Positions 1-12,217 of a stretch of DNA of 64,000 nt are shown here, piece by piece. How positions within the stretch are numbered: position 1 is the first letter of the stretch; the number at the start of each line of letters is the position of its first letter. The stretch comes from the human T2T-CHM13v2.0 reference genome, Homo sapiens, in NCBI RefSeq assembly GCF_009914755.1, contig NC_060929.1. One strand, 5' to 3'. The position numbers and the translations under genes are program-made. The notes under the pieces are model-generated. The model did not search any database, was not told where the DNA came from, and was given only the letters and a program-made list of their open reading frames with translations.

Positions 1-268
1 CAAGGACAAAGCAGCAAACACCGCATGTTCCCACTCATAGGTGAGAATTGAACAATGAGAACACATGGACACGTGAAGGGGAACATCACACACTGGGGAC
101 TGTTGTGGGGTGGGGGAGAGGGGAGGGATTGCATTAGGAGATATACCTAATGCTAAATGACGAGTTAATGGGTGGAGCACACCAACATGGCACAGGTATA
201 CATATGTAAGAAACCTGCACGTTGTGCACATGTACCCTAAAACTTAAAGTATAATAATAATAAAAAAA
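1..268 (+). mobile_element. L1PA LINE-1 3' UTR end with A-rich tail (continues upstream of window)
   Basis: Typical L1PA 3' UTR: GAATTGAACAATGAGAACACATGGACAC, G-rich tract, TGTACCCTAAAACTTAAAGTATAATAATAATAAAAAAA. Confidence 0.95.
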
Positions 269-1226
269 GTAAAATATTTTCCAACACCTTACTTGAAGAA
301 GAAAGTATAATCAATTATCCTTAGATCTTATATCCTGTTTCTCAACCAGCAAAGGAGAGATAACTATCAGATTGCATATCTTTCTGAATGAGGTATTTGA
401 CTTATAATTTAATGTTTGGTAATTTTAATGATTTCTTAGTAAAAGTATGGTCAAATTATGAGACAGCAAATAAGTGTTCATGTCCAAAGTAGTGATTATT
501 GAAATGTCATGTATTTACAAAGAAGTCTGGACTGGAAGTCACATGAACTGTATGTTAGTTCTGTCTCTGTTTGTAATTAGTGTGATGCTATGTGAGTCAT
601 TACTCATCTTTGGGTCTTTATTTCTTTATCTGCAAATTAAGAAAGAAGAACAAAATGATATTTAGGTTCCTTTGAAGATCTTCTAGTCAATGTCTCTCAT
701 TCTACATTTATAATTAGATGATCTTTTTAAACATATTTAGGGGTACAATATACTTTCCCAGAGAATATCATTGATCTGATTACTCTTTCCTATAACTCCT
801 TAAAGCATTTACTGGTAAGAGTGGACAAGCAGTTAATCAGGCACTGTTCTGCCACTCATGTTTTTTATTATTGTTATGTTACCTATTTATCTATCTGGTC
901 TCCAGAATTAGTTTGTAGTCCCCTTAAGGATGAAGATGGTGTCTTGTCTTTTTGACCCTCCTCATTTGAAATTATAATAGATAACCCTAACTATAATGAA
1001 AATAGTTGATACACTTAAAATTTGATTATATTAATAAATTGCAATATACTCTCAAAATAGTTGTCTTTTTCCAATATTTGTAACAGCACTGGATGACTCT
1101 TGGGCTTTAGGCAGGTTATTTCACTTTTCTGGGATCTAATTTTGTACTCAGAAAATGGAAGAATTGAGCTACATTATCTGTAAGATCCCTTCTTAGTGTA
1201 CTAGTCTTTTTAAAATGCTATGGAAG

Positions 1227-1342
1227 GGCCACGTGAGGTGGCTCATGCCTGTAATCCTGGCACTTTGGGAGGCTGAGGAGGGAGGATCACTTGTGGCCAG
1301 GAGTTTGAGACCAGCGTGGCCAAAGTAGTGAAAACCCGTTTG
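1227..1342 (+). mobile_element. Alu left-arm fragment (FLAM/AluJ-like)
   Basis: GGCCACGTGAGGTGGCTCATGCCTGTAATCC...GAGTTTGAGACCAGC; truncated before the A-linker. Confidence 0.85.
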
Positions 1343-1344
1343 TA

Positions 1345-1600
1345 ACAGAATTTGTGACTTTCAACTGGGCACATGTCCAATCAGAATAAAGATGACATTT
1401 TTCAGCCTCCTTTGTAAAAGGTATGGTCATAAGATTAAGTTCTAGGAACTGGAATATAAGAGCTGTGGTGTACATAAAGTGATGAAGAAATGCCCTTCAC
1501 CTTTCGTCCTTCCTGCTAGCTGGAATGTGGATGTAAGAGTTGGAGCTCAAGCAGCCATTTAATGACCTTAGGAATGAAATTCATGGATGGTGGCCTGATT
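1345..1600. mobile_element. Old ERVL LTR fragment (LTR16/LTR33-like)
   Basis: Motifs CATTTTTCAGCCTCC...AAGTTCT and CTGGAATGTGGATGT...GGAGCTCAAGCAGCCATTT resemble the LTR16/33 consensus as recalled. Confidence 0.5.
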
Positions 1601-1735
1601 TCAAGCAAAGCTACAGTGCTCCTGCTCTGATTTTAGCTAGTCATCTTCAGTCCACTTTTCTTGGTTTATCTGACTCCTGACTAGATTTTTTTTCCTCTTT
1701 GCACACCTTAAATTCTCAACTAAGACACTATGAAC

Positions 1736-1829
1736 AGGACAAAATTAAGTTCCCCCCAATGTTTTTTAAAAACTCCAGCTTTAGGACAAAATTAAGTTCC
1801 CCCCAATGTTTTTTAAAAACTCCAGCTTT
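1736..1829. repeat. Perfect 47-bp tandem duplication
   Basis: AGGACAAAATTAAGTTCCCCCCAATGTTTTTTAAAAACTCCAGCTTT at 1736-1782 and 1783-1829, identical. Confidence 0.97.
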
Positions 1830-2356
1830 AAACTAAACTTTCATGGGTTCTTCCACAAATAAAAGACATACTAAAAAATCCGAAGATATATATAATTTTA
1901 GTGAAATGTTGAGAAGGGATAAACTTCTCAAAGAACAGTAATTTTGCAAGATAAATATTTATAAGGTTTAAATATGTTCTATATCAGACTGAATTCTGAG
2001 AATTTCAGAAAGTGATGATAGTACAATATACATAAGAAGTTGTTCTGAAGAAAGGCAGGCTCTAAGTAGCTAAGCAAATATTATTAAATGCCAAACAATT
2101 CTATACATTTAAATGTCAGGATTATTTTGTTGGCATTTCTCTTGAAAACAATTTTTAAAGAGATGCATCTTTAGATACATCTTAATTTTAAAAATTGCAG
2201 AAGTCATACTTCTAATAAGTTGCTACTGTGATACGTATTGGTATTGGATTTTCTTTTAACTTTCCATTTTGTTATTAGCTAATTTACACGAAACTTCTTT
2301 AAGCATCACACTACTCTCAACTATGAGGTTTATGTTTTTAAATATATGCCTTTTCT

Positions 2357-2490
2357 ATTTTTTTTTTTTTTCAGATGGGGGTGTCTCACTATGTTGCCTA
2401 GGCTGGCCTCGAATTTTTAGGTTCAAATGATCCTCCCAACTCAGCCTTTAGGGTAACTATAACTGCAGGCACGCTCCACCACACCTGGCT
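2357..2490 (-). mobile_element. FLAM-type Alu monomer
   Basis: Poly-T followed by GTCTCACTATGTTGCCTAGGCTGG...CCACCACACCTGGCT. Confidence 0.85.
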
Positions 2491-2731
2491 TAAATGTATT
2501 TTCTGAATAGTTATAAAAACTACTTACCTAGGTGATATCGCATTACATTCTCACTAATTGCAAGATTAGAAGACAGATTATAGAGTTGTTAAATAATACA
2601 ATCAACTAAAATTAATGGAAATATTGAATATGGTAGGTTCCCAATATTAGACTGTTGCATTATTGAGTCCATACCGTGACATTTTTGAGGTTTGCACCTT
2701 TGAAAAAGTGTTACACATAGATTCTTTTAAG

Positions 2732-2917
2732 ACAATGTTTCTCAAATTATGGCAAGGGAACCACTTGCATCAGAATTGCTGGAGTGTTTATTTAAAATGC
2801 TAATTTCCAGACCTCTCAAAAGATCTAGTGAATCAATCTCTACCTGTGGCTTAAAAATTTTAACTTTAACCTCCGTCTCAACAGATTTTCAAGTACGTTT
2901 AAGTTTCAGAACCTCTG
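2732..2917. mobile_element. MER5-like hAT-Charlie DNA transposon
   Basis: CAATGTTTCTCAAA...GCATCAGAAT...TTTAAAATGC...AAGTTTCAGAACCTCTG, with degenerate terminal inverted repeats. Confidence 0.7.
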
Positions 2918-3722
2918 TTCTACTGCTGCAATGAAGTTTAAAGCTGATTCAAGTTATTCCTTCCATACCTCCATGCCAATATCACAATCATTCCTTTTTC
3001 ACTCTGCCTCCGTTATAATTTTGACTTCATGACAAGGCAGGGCTGATTTGCTGGATGATCAACGTTTACTTTTAAGTAGAGAGGGCTGTCTCTAGATAGT
3101 TACAGAGGACATGGATAGTCATACCTATCAGTCAACTGACAGGAAAAGGATAAGTCTAACAAAAGTACAGTTCCTAGATTTCAAAACCATTTTTTTGAAC
3201 TAATCTGGGAGGAGTATAGTTGTAATATAAGGAATGACTTTGTGTTAAAGAAAGGACAGGATAACTTAATAGAGGTCTCCCATCTCATTCTGTCACGGTG
3301 CTTTTGGGTTCCGGTGATGAATGTGTTCATTTTATGTGGCTTGCTCTGGGTAAATAACCCAGTGCCCTATCAGCTCTGCAGCCCGCGGCCAGCGGCAGTG
3401 TGTGCGCGCTAATGACGGCGGAAGGTGCCTGGGGGAGGGCCTGGGGAGGGGCTGGCCAGCGCTATCGCGCCCCTGGCACTTCCTAAGAGACTGAGCCCTT
3501 TCTCTGCAGCTGCAGCTTGGATTCCACGCTTTCCCTCCAGAGGAAAGAAGCCCTCCATCTAAATCAGCTGTCTTCTCCACATCCCTCCTTTTTCTCTCCG
3601 CCAGACGCCACCCCTACCCCTTCTATTGTGTTGTGCCTTTTCATTTTAGCCCCGCTTCCTACGTAGAGCCCTAACCTCCTTTGTAGCGAGGGCACTTGAG
3701 AATTTCTGAACCTCGAGTTGTA

Positions 3723-3740
3723 ATGGAGCTGTATGGAAAG
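3723..3740 (+). CDS. RAB3C: Coding part of alternative upstream first exon of RAB3C (MELYGK)
   Basis: gtaATGG strong Kozak context; ATG GAG CTG TAT GGA AAG then consensus donor AAG|GTAAGC at 3741; phase 0, in frame with exon 2. Confidence 0.75.
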
Positions 3741-4278
3741 GTAAGCAGGCGAAAGGAGTTCCTTGGGGTGCTTAGCCAGAAATCTCGCTTTCACGCACTT
3801 CGGTGTGCGGGTTGTGTGTGTGACTATGTACGCGCGCGCGACTTCTCAGTGCAATTATGCGGATAAACCACTTTCCTTATGTGTGTACCGTTAATCGTCT
3901 TTCTCCCCTACGTTTGGTGAATGAGATTGTAAAACTGCCCCACTCTGCCTAAGGAAACGTAGAAACTTTCCCGATTCGGATGGGGAGGGGTAGGGCGGAG
4001 AGTCCCAGAGACCAGCTCTGGCTTCGTTTGCATTGGAAATTAGCACAAGGTAGTGTTGTTTCCTAATCAGAAAATCACCATCTACTTCCGAAGGCGATAG
4101 TTAGCAAAGAAAAATCTCCAGCTGAGATAAGCTGGGGTCACATTCGCCTGCCCCTGGCGAGGAAAAGAGCAGGGGAGACTGGGAGAGGTAACCCAGGAGC
4201 GTTTGGAAAGGAGTAGGGAGGCTCCGCGGCCGAGCCCGACTGGCGGATCGAGCCTGTTTAATGGTTTGCTTGCTTGCC

Positions 4279-4342
4279 GGGAGTTGTAGTTCACCGCTCG
4301 CCCGTTTGCCGGGAACACCCGGAGGGCGAGACTACAGCTCCC
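4279..4342. promoter_or_regulatory. Divergent pair of ACTACAnnTCCC (ZNF143/THAP11-associated) motifs
   Basis: GGGAGTTGTAGT at 4279-4290 (ACTACAACTCCC on -) and ACTACAGCTCCC at 4331-4342 on +. Confidence 0.75.
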
Positions 4343-4534
4343 AGGAGTGCACGGGGCTCCTCGGCAGTACGCGTGTGCGGCGCCAGGAGAGGACAGCTCC
4401 AGTGCTGATGTTGGAGCCGGTTAGCGAACCCCAAGAGTGCAGAGTGTGGAGCGTGGAGCGCCGGGACTGTGCACGCTTGACCGGAAGCCCAGACCAGTGC
4501 GGTCCTAGCCAGAGAGAAAGGACATTTGCCAACA

Positions 4535-4558
4535 ATGAGACACGAAGCGCCCATGCAG
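4535..4558 (+). CDS. RAB3C: RAB3C exon 1 coding part (MRHEAPMQ)
   Basis: ATG AGA CAC GAA GCG CCC ATG CAG|GTGGGT; matches the recalled RAB3C N-terminus [20 protein letters not shown]; phase 0 donor. Confidence 0.95.
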
Positions 4559-7500
4559 GTGGGTCCATAAAGAAAGAGTGGCCTCGGGAGGAATTGAAAG
4601 AGATGCTTTTCCCCTTGCTCCGCGCACAAGCAGTTCAACGTAAGGAAAGGTCTAGGCGGTCACCCGCGGAGATGCGGCTCTGTGACATGACCCTGGGAAC
4701 AGAGTTGGGTTTCTTTACGCTCTGTGTGGCTGTGATTGGGGCTGTCTTGATGAGGGATCGGGCTATTCGCAATCTTTCTAGGCTCTGTAAAGAGGATAAG
4801 AGTGTCTGTCTAAAATGAAAACCCAAGCAAACAAAAGTCAGAGGAGCATGCAATCTCGTGTTGGCATTGATCTCCTCTCTTGGCATCCGGGGTTTGAGAT
4901 CGCGGTGAAAACTCACGGATTTAAGTCAGATAGATCAGATTCGGGGTTGAAGGCTCCCCACTGGAGTCGGCATAGAGCGAATTCCGCTTGGTTAAAGGCG
5001 CATTAAATAAAGAGAAGCCAATGTTAGGCTCCTCAAAGTCCCCTTTCTTCAGTTAGGCTCCCAGTATCAGCAAAAAATAGCAAACACATCGGGGCTTGGC
5101 ATATCCCTGAGCTATGCCAGCATCACTGTCCACACAACTGGTTTACTCTGTTTTGGAGACAGCCCCCTCTGAGCTTTCCTGTGTTATGTGCCCATTTGTT
5201 CTCCGATTCCCCATTTCAATCACATTCTTAGGTTTGTTTCCTTTGAGAAATGCAAAGGACTCTGGTGCAGAAGTACCACTGCCTAAGCATCTTGCTTAAG
5301 TTTTGTTTTTAAGTAAAGATGAGTGATAATTCTCGTCTCTATGTACTACCAGTTAACGTTAAACATCAGCTTGTGTTTATTAATCAAGCAGTGATCCTAC
5401 TGTGTAACAGAAAGGCATTTTATGAGTGGGGTTGAGAGAAGAATAGAAAACATCATTTGGAATGTGCTGTCTCTCCTGAGAACCCACCTCTGCTGCCAAA
5501 CCCAAGAGTATAAATATTTGACATTAATTCGGACTTCAGCGTTTTCCAACTGGTTTCTTCATGAATCAAGGACTTTAAACATATGCTTTGATTTACTTTT
5601 AATTTATTTTATGGGTTATGTATATTAAGAACCCCTTACTGGACTGTTAGATGAAAAATCTATAGAATTTAATTGTTTGTTGGGTGATTATATAAGGGAA
5701 GTCCTCAAATTACCTATGAGTTATTGAAAATTTGATTTGTTCCAGGGAACAGTGGCCCCTTTGTGTGTCTTCTAATACCTCTATTTGTGACTTAGCTTTT
5801 CATTATAGACCTGATGTGAAAAGAATCTGAACAGACAATAAAGGTACAGGCTGTTGCAATCAAGATATATTGGTTTATGATAATTTTCTATTACTGGAGA
5901 TACTACCAGGAGCCAACTGGCTAAATTAATCATATTTAATTATAAGTAAACACTAATTGTAGACTTTAAAAGTAGATCATTATACTTCACTATGTATATG
6001 TATATTAAAACATGTACATCTTAAATTTACACAATAAAAAAGATTTCCAAGAATTTTTGAAAAATAAAGTAGATTGTTAATATTTAAAGTAAACTATGTA
6101 TGCACTGATATTTTTTCAATCAAAATAAATTACGAAAAATTTAACCACACTGTATATCAATTTTGCTTTCTTACAAGAGTTGCTTAGAATGTTCAGAAAG
6201 GTCATTAAAATATTACAGAACTGTATTAATGTTTCAGGAAACAGTTAAAATTATTTTTTGTGTTCACCAACTATGTAGTAGGCACTGTGATTTTCTATTT
6301 TAGTCAAAACTTTAATGAAGAACTAAAATAAAAATAAGGTAAAATGAAATTAATTTGCTTGTGGATGGAGTTATTGTCATATTTATAATGTATTTTTAGT
6401 CGTTGGACTAAGTTTTTGAAATTTAAAATTTCCAAATGCTGTCATGAGTAATGTACATTTTAGGAAATCAAAGACTTTTTTAGCATATTTAATTAAAGCA
6501 CATACATTAATTCAATTTAACTAATAAATTGTTGTTATGGTGACCCCATCTCCATTATTATCAATTTTCAAAAATATGTAATAATAGATAGGATAAAAAC
6601 TATAAGCTTACTCTGAATATTTTAAAGTAACAAGTAATGTTTCAGCACCGATATTTCTGAATTGTAATCACATTTCACGTGACTTTGATATATGACAATG
6701 CAACAAGATAAATAATTGACTTTTTTTTTCATTTAAAGACTGAACCACATCATCATTTTAAATATATGCCCCAAATATTTTTTTACTTAGGTCTGTAGAA
6801 GATGACTCACAAGCAAAACCTCATTTTATGGTTCCATAAAATAAGAGATTTCTTCTCTGCTTTTAAAAAATATTTAGTTCATTTGTTGATGTGAAAGAAA
6901 ATGAGCTTTTTAATGTATTTGCTTATTTCCCAATTTACTTCTTGTATTTTCTTAAATCAAAGAATCCTTTTAAAAATCATGTAAGGTCTTTTAAAAAGCA
7001 TTTGATGTATCTATATAAATAAGTTGATGTTCTGTTCGAGGTAGTTATCTTTGATATGTGCCTATTTTATGAAGAGTATTTCTTTCTGAATTGAGGGAAA
7101 ATGAGGGATAATTGTTTTTTATAGTAACTACCAAAATAATATACAGTGATAATCTCTGACATCTTTATTTCCTTTCTAATCTAAATAACCAGGAATAGCA
7201 TTTGGTAAGTGTCCCAAGTGATAGGCTTAGAATTCTAATGCAGGAGATGGTCATTTGTATCTTCTCATTCAGTGTATACATGAATCCTGAAGGCCAAATG
7301 AGATGAGAAATAACAGTTCTCATGACTTGAGGACAAGACTCTGGTTAACAAATTGTCATTTGATTCAGGAGCCACATTGAACAAATTCTAGTTTATCTAG
7401 TGCTTTACCTGTGCTGAGCCCTGTGACTTAGATTTCATTGTATTTGTGTGTATGTATAAAACAATTTTTATATGTATATATACTATATAACAATCATACA

Positions 7501-10500
7501 TATCTATGGATATATTTTACAAGAGTATTTACAAATATATTTAAAAATCCTAGCAGTCACTATTACCCTAATTATAGGCATGATCACTCAAACTTATTAA
7601 GACTAAATAACTTTCCCACTAGGATAGAGTAAAATTTCCACCAGATCTCTCTGTCTGGAAAACCCACGTTCTTTCCTCTGTTACTTTTGATTCCCCAAGA
7701 AGACATAAATTGGTGGTGTAAAGAATGAGACAACTATTGATATAATTTGAGTCATTCATTTGGTTCAGAAGAAAGAAAAATTGGCCCTATCTTCTTCTTA
7801 TAAAATAAACTTGCATAAACTAAACAGAATATTTGAAAAGGGGCAATGTTTTAAAAATGGTTTGCTTCTATCTATTATAATTTCTGGCAGGGTCACGTAC
7901 TCTCTTACAGGACCAAAGTGGAATTCATTGTCTCTGACTAAATGCTTACTTTTCCAATTTGTTATCCACAAGCTTTTGGGGTCACTTCATAAATGCAGTC
8001 TTCTGACTATTGAGGAAAATTCAAAGAAATATATCTACCCAAAACATGGAGCAGAGTGCCAAAAAAAAATGTTTGGCTAAAGATGAGGAGGATTGAAGAA
8101 GGACTATAGATGTAGGCTGAAGATGAAGTGGAGCTAAAAACCATTAGTTATATATTAAAGTTAGCCATACTGTACACAACACCAAATTACAAAGAATTAA
8201 AGTCTAAATATCACTGTTTTATTTGGCTATGGAAAGTACATGGCATTTTTGCACTTCATTATTGTTGAATTCCTAACCATATCCATCCTCAGTGATCATC
8301 CCTCTATCTTTCTGAGAAATGGACATGTAGTCCTCATCCTTTACAGAAACAGAAAATCCCTAATTGACTTTAGAGAAATGAGAAATTCTTCCTTACTCCA
8401 TTTGGGCTAATTGCTCAAGTATCCACTTTTCTTCTGTAAAAGGAAGTGGAGGATAGCAAGAAAACTTAACCTATAGCAAAAATTCACTTTTGTGGTATAA
8501 GAATGCTTTTCCATTGAAACTGCAAAATTATCATAATTTTCTGCCACCATTCTAAGCTTATACTGGAATTGGCAAGTCCTTTCTTCACCATCATATTCCA
8601 GGAAGGAAATATATGTTTATGCTGAGGAATAGGTTTTCTTGAGACTACTCTTGCCCACTCAACTCGCTAAATACAAGCAGCTGGGCCACCTCAAAAAAAT
8701 GTTCTTTTATATAGATTAAAGGTTTTCCAACCATTTTTCCCTTTCTTAAATTAATGTGGCTCAGAGGTTCTGTGGGAATCATCTTAGCAGGTCAGTCTAT
8801 TACCAAGGATACTACAGCCTGTGAAGATTAAATCTTTGAGAGTTATTCAGAATAACATAGATCTTTAGCATTTTTCGTTCATTAGTTTATAGGTTTTTAG
8901 ATAATATTTATATACATTGAAATGCACAAATCTTAAGTGAACAATTTGATAAATTTTGACAAATGTATAAATCTGTGTAACACACACCATTATAAAGATA
9001 TAGAACATTTCTAATCATCCCTGAGTATTCCTTCATGGTTTTTCCTAATTAATATACCTATGCAGTAAACTTTTTTAGGTGAGACTTGAACTTGAGATCC
9101 CTGGGTTCTCCTGACCAATCACGGGTTAGCTGTGGGATTTTCCTGTGTCTCCTCTCTCCCTGGGAAGGTTCAAAAGTCACTCAGCCCTGCAGAGTGACTT
9201 AACCATAGGAGTTTGATTTGTTCTAGAACTTCATATAGTTCTGTAGAACATGCAGTATGAACATACTGTGGAACAAAAAAATATGTTCTTGTTTGAGTCT
9301 GGCTTATTTCGTTCAGCATAATGTGTATGAGATTCATCCATGTTGTTGCATGTTTCAATAATTCATTCCATTTTATTGCTGAATATTATACTTTTAAAAT
9401 CAATTTAATATACTTTTAAAATTCATTATCCTGTTTATGAACTTGGAGGTAATTTCTAATTTGGGGATACTAAGAATAAGGCTATAAATGTTTTTTCTAT
9501 TGTTCTTTTTTATGATAATATCTTTTCACTTCTCTTGGGTAAATACCTAAAAGTAAAATTGCTGGAATAAATGGTAAGTATATATTAAGCTTTATAAGAA
9601 ACAATCAAATCTTTTGCCAAAGTGGGAGGACCGGCAATTCTCACCAGCAATGTATGAGAGAGTTTTAGTGGTTCCACATCTTCAACAGCATGTAATGTCA
9701 GTGGTCTTTTTAGTTTTGGCCACTTGGTAATGAGTGTTTTCTGGTATCTGATTATGATTTAAATTTGAATTTTCCTAATGATGAACGGTTTTTAGTATAT
9801 TTTTATGTGCTTATTGGCCACTTATATATCTTCCCTTGTGAATCATGGGTTTTAACCTTTTATGCATCTGGGGGGTTTGTTTTTATTGTTTAGTTGCAAG
9901 AGATCTTTCATCTTCAGTTTAGTCCTTTGTCAAGTCAGGTAGATATATAAATAAAGGTTTCTCCCAGTTGGTGGCTTGTATATTCATATTCTAAATAGTG
10001 CCTTTTGGTGAGGATTTTTTTGAATTTTGATGAAATTTAGGTTAATTAATTATACCTGGGGTCTGTATCCAGACTCTGATCTGTTTGTCCTGACTCTGCG
10101 TCCAGAGGCCTTGCTATATTTATTTCTAGTTTTCTTTAAGATTCCATAAGAATTTCAACATAAACTATCATATTATTTACAAATAGAGATAGTTTATTTC
10201 TTCCTTCCCAAAGACTCTCTTTTTTTCCCCATATCTTATTGTATAGAATAGAACAACCAGTACAATGTTGAATAGACGTGATGACAGCGGACATCCTTAT
10301 CTTGTTCCCCATTTTAAGAGGGAAGACCTTCCATTTTTTATCATCAAGTGTGAAATTAGCTGTAGGGTTTTGTTACTATGTTTCTTTGTTTTGGTATAGA
10401 TATTATTTATTATATTGAACAAATTTGATTTCTCGGTTGATGAGAAAATTTGTTTTTAACATAAGTGGGTGTCAAATATTGTCAAATGCTTGTTCTACAT

Positions 10501-10967
10501 CTATTGATGTGATTGTGTGGTTTATCTACTTTATTTTGTTGGATTTCATGGATGGATTTTTTAGCTAATCTGGCATTCCTTAGATAAACCCTATTGGTCA
10601 TGATATATTGTCCTTTCTATATATAGCTGGATTAAGCTTGATTATATTTTGTTAAGTATTTTTTTGCATTAGTCATGATGGATATTGGGCTATGATTTTC
10701 TCTTAATGCCTTCATGAAGTTATAGTATTGGAATTATGCTTATAAAACAAGCTGAGAAGTACTCTTTGCCCCTCAGTTTTCTGAATAATTTTGTTGCATA
10801 AGATTAGCATAGTTTGGTTTGTTAAATGTCTACTAGAGTTCACCATGAAGCCAGCGGAGCCTGGAGTTTTCTTTCTGAAAATTTTAAATAAGAGTTTTAA
10901 TTTTTAAAGATTTCATTGATATACTAATATCTCTATTATCTATCTATGTATCTCCCTTTAGTATATT

Positions 10968-11490
10968 GTATTAGGCAGAATAGCATCCCTCCCAAAATTC
11001 TCCATGGCCTAACCCTGTAACGTGTGAATAGGTTACATTTTGTAACAGAATGGACTCCGCAGGTATAATTAATATTATAAACTTTCAAATAGGGAGATTA
11101 ACCTGCATTATCAGGTTGGTCCAATCTAATTACAATACCTCTTAAAAGTAGAGAACTTTCTCTCATTGAATTTAGAGTGTTGTGGCAGAAGTCAGTTTCA
11201 AAACATGAAAAGAATTGTTGGGGTGAAGATGAAGAAGGCTGTGTGTCAAGGAAGCAGGGACCTCAGTCCTACAACCACCAGCAACTGGATTATGCTGACA
11301 ATCTGAATGAGTTTGGAAGTGGAATCTTTCCTAGACTGTCCAGATCAAAGGCCAGTCCAGCCAACACATTGATTTTAGCTGGGTGGACCTGAGCAAAGTG
11401 AGCAGAGGACCTAGCTGAGATTTCTGGCTCAGAAAACAATAAGTGGGTGTGGTTTTAAATATCCATTATAGCTGCAATCGAAAACTAAAT
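10968..11490 (+). mobile_element. MLT1D/E-like MaLR solo LTR
   Basis: TGTATTAGGCAGAATAG...GGACCTCAGTCCTACAACC...GAAAACTAAATA. Confidence 0.8.
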
Positions 11491-11848
11491 ATGCATATAA
11501 AAATTTTTCTATTTCATTGTGAGTCAGTTTTGGTAAATTGTGTTTTTCACTTCATTTTTCCAATTTATTAACACAAGGTTGTTAAAAACATTTTTAATAC
11601 CTTTTAAATATCTCTAGGATCTGTAGTGATATCCCCTTTCTTTCCTAATACTGATCATCTGAGGTTTCTCCGTCTCTCTCATGCCAGTCTTACTAAATGT
11701 TTATATCAGTATTAATGTCAACTTTTACCTTTGTTAATTTTATTTAGTTTGTATTTTATTGATTTTAGCTGTTGTTTTAAAAACTATATTTGTGTTTCTT
11801 ATACTTACTTAGTAGAAGCTTTTCTTTATTTAGATTCTTAAGGTATAA

Positions 11849-12217
<369 letters not shown>

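Larger units (their letters stand above)
3380..4990 (+). promoter_or_regulatory. RAB3C: CpG-rich promoter region of RAB3C spanning both first exons
   Basis: Sharp rise in GC and CpG density against CpG-poor, AT-rich flanks; encloses both first exons. Confidence 0.85.

Noticed and set aside
4261-4818. 185-aa ORF and overlapping antisense ORFs in the promoter
   Set aside because: Stop-poor GC-rich sequence, out of frame with RAB3C, runs through the splice donor, no recognisable domain. Only its ATG at 4408 is kept as a uORF candidate.
6641-6650. TTCAGCACCG, an RE1 left half-site
   Set aside because: No GGACAG half nearby; isolated half-sites are common.
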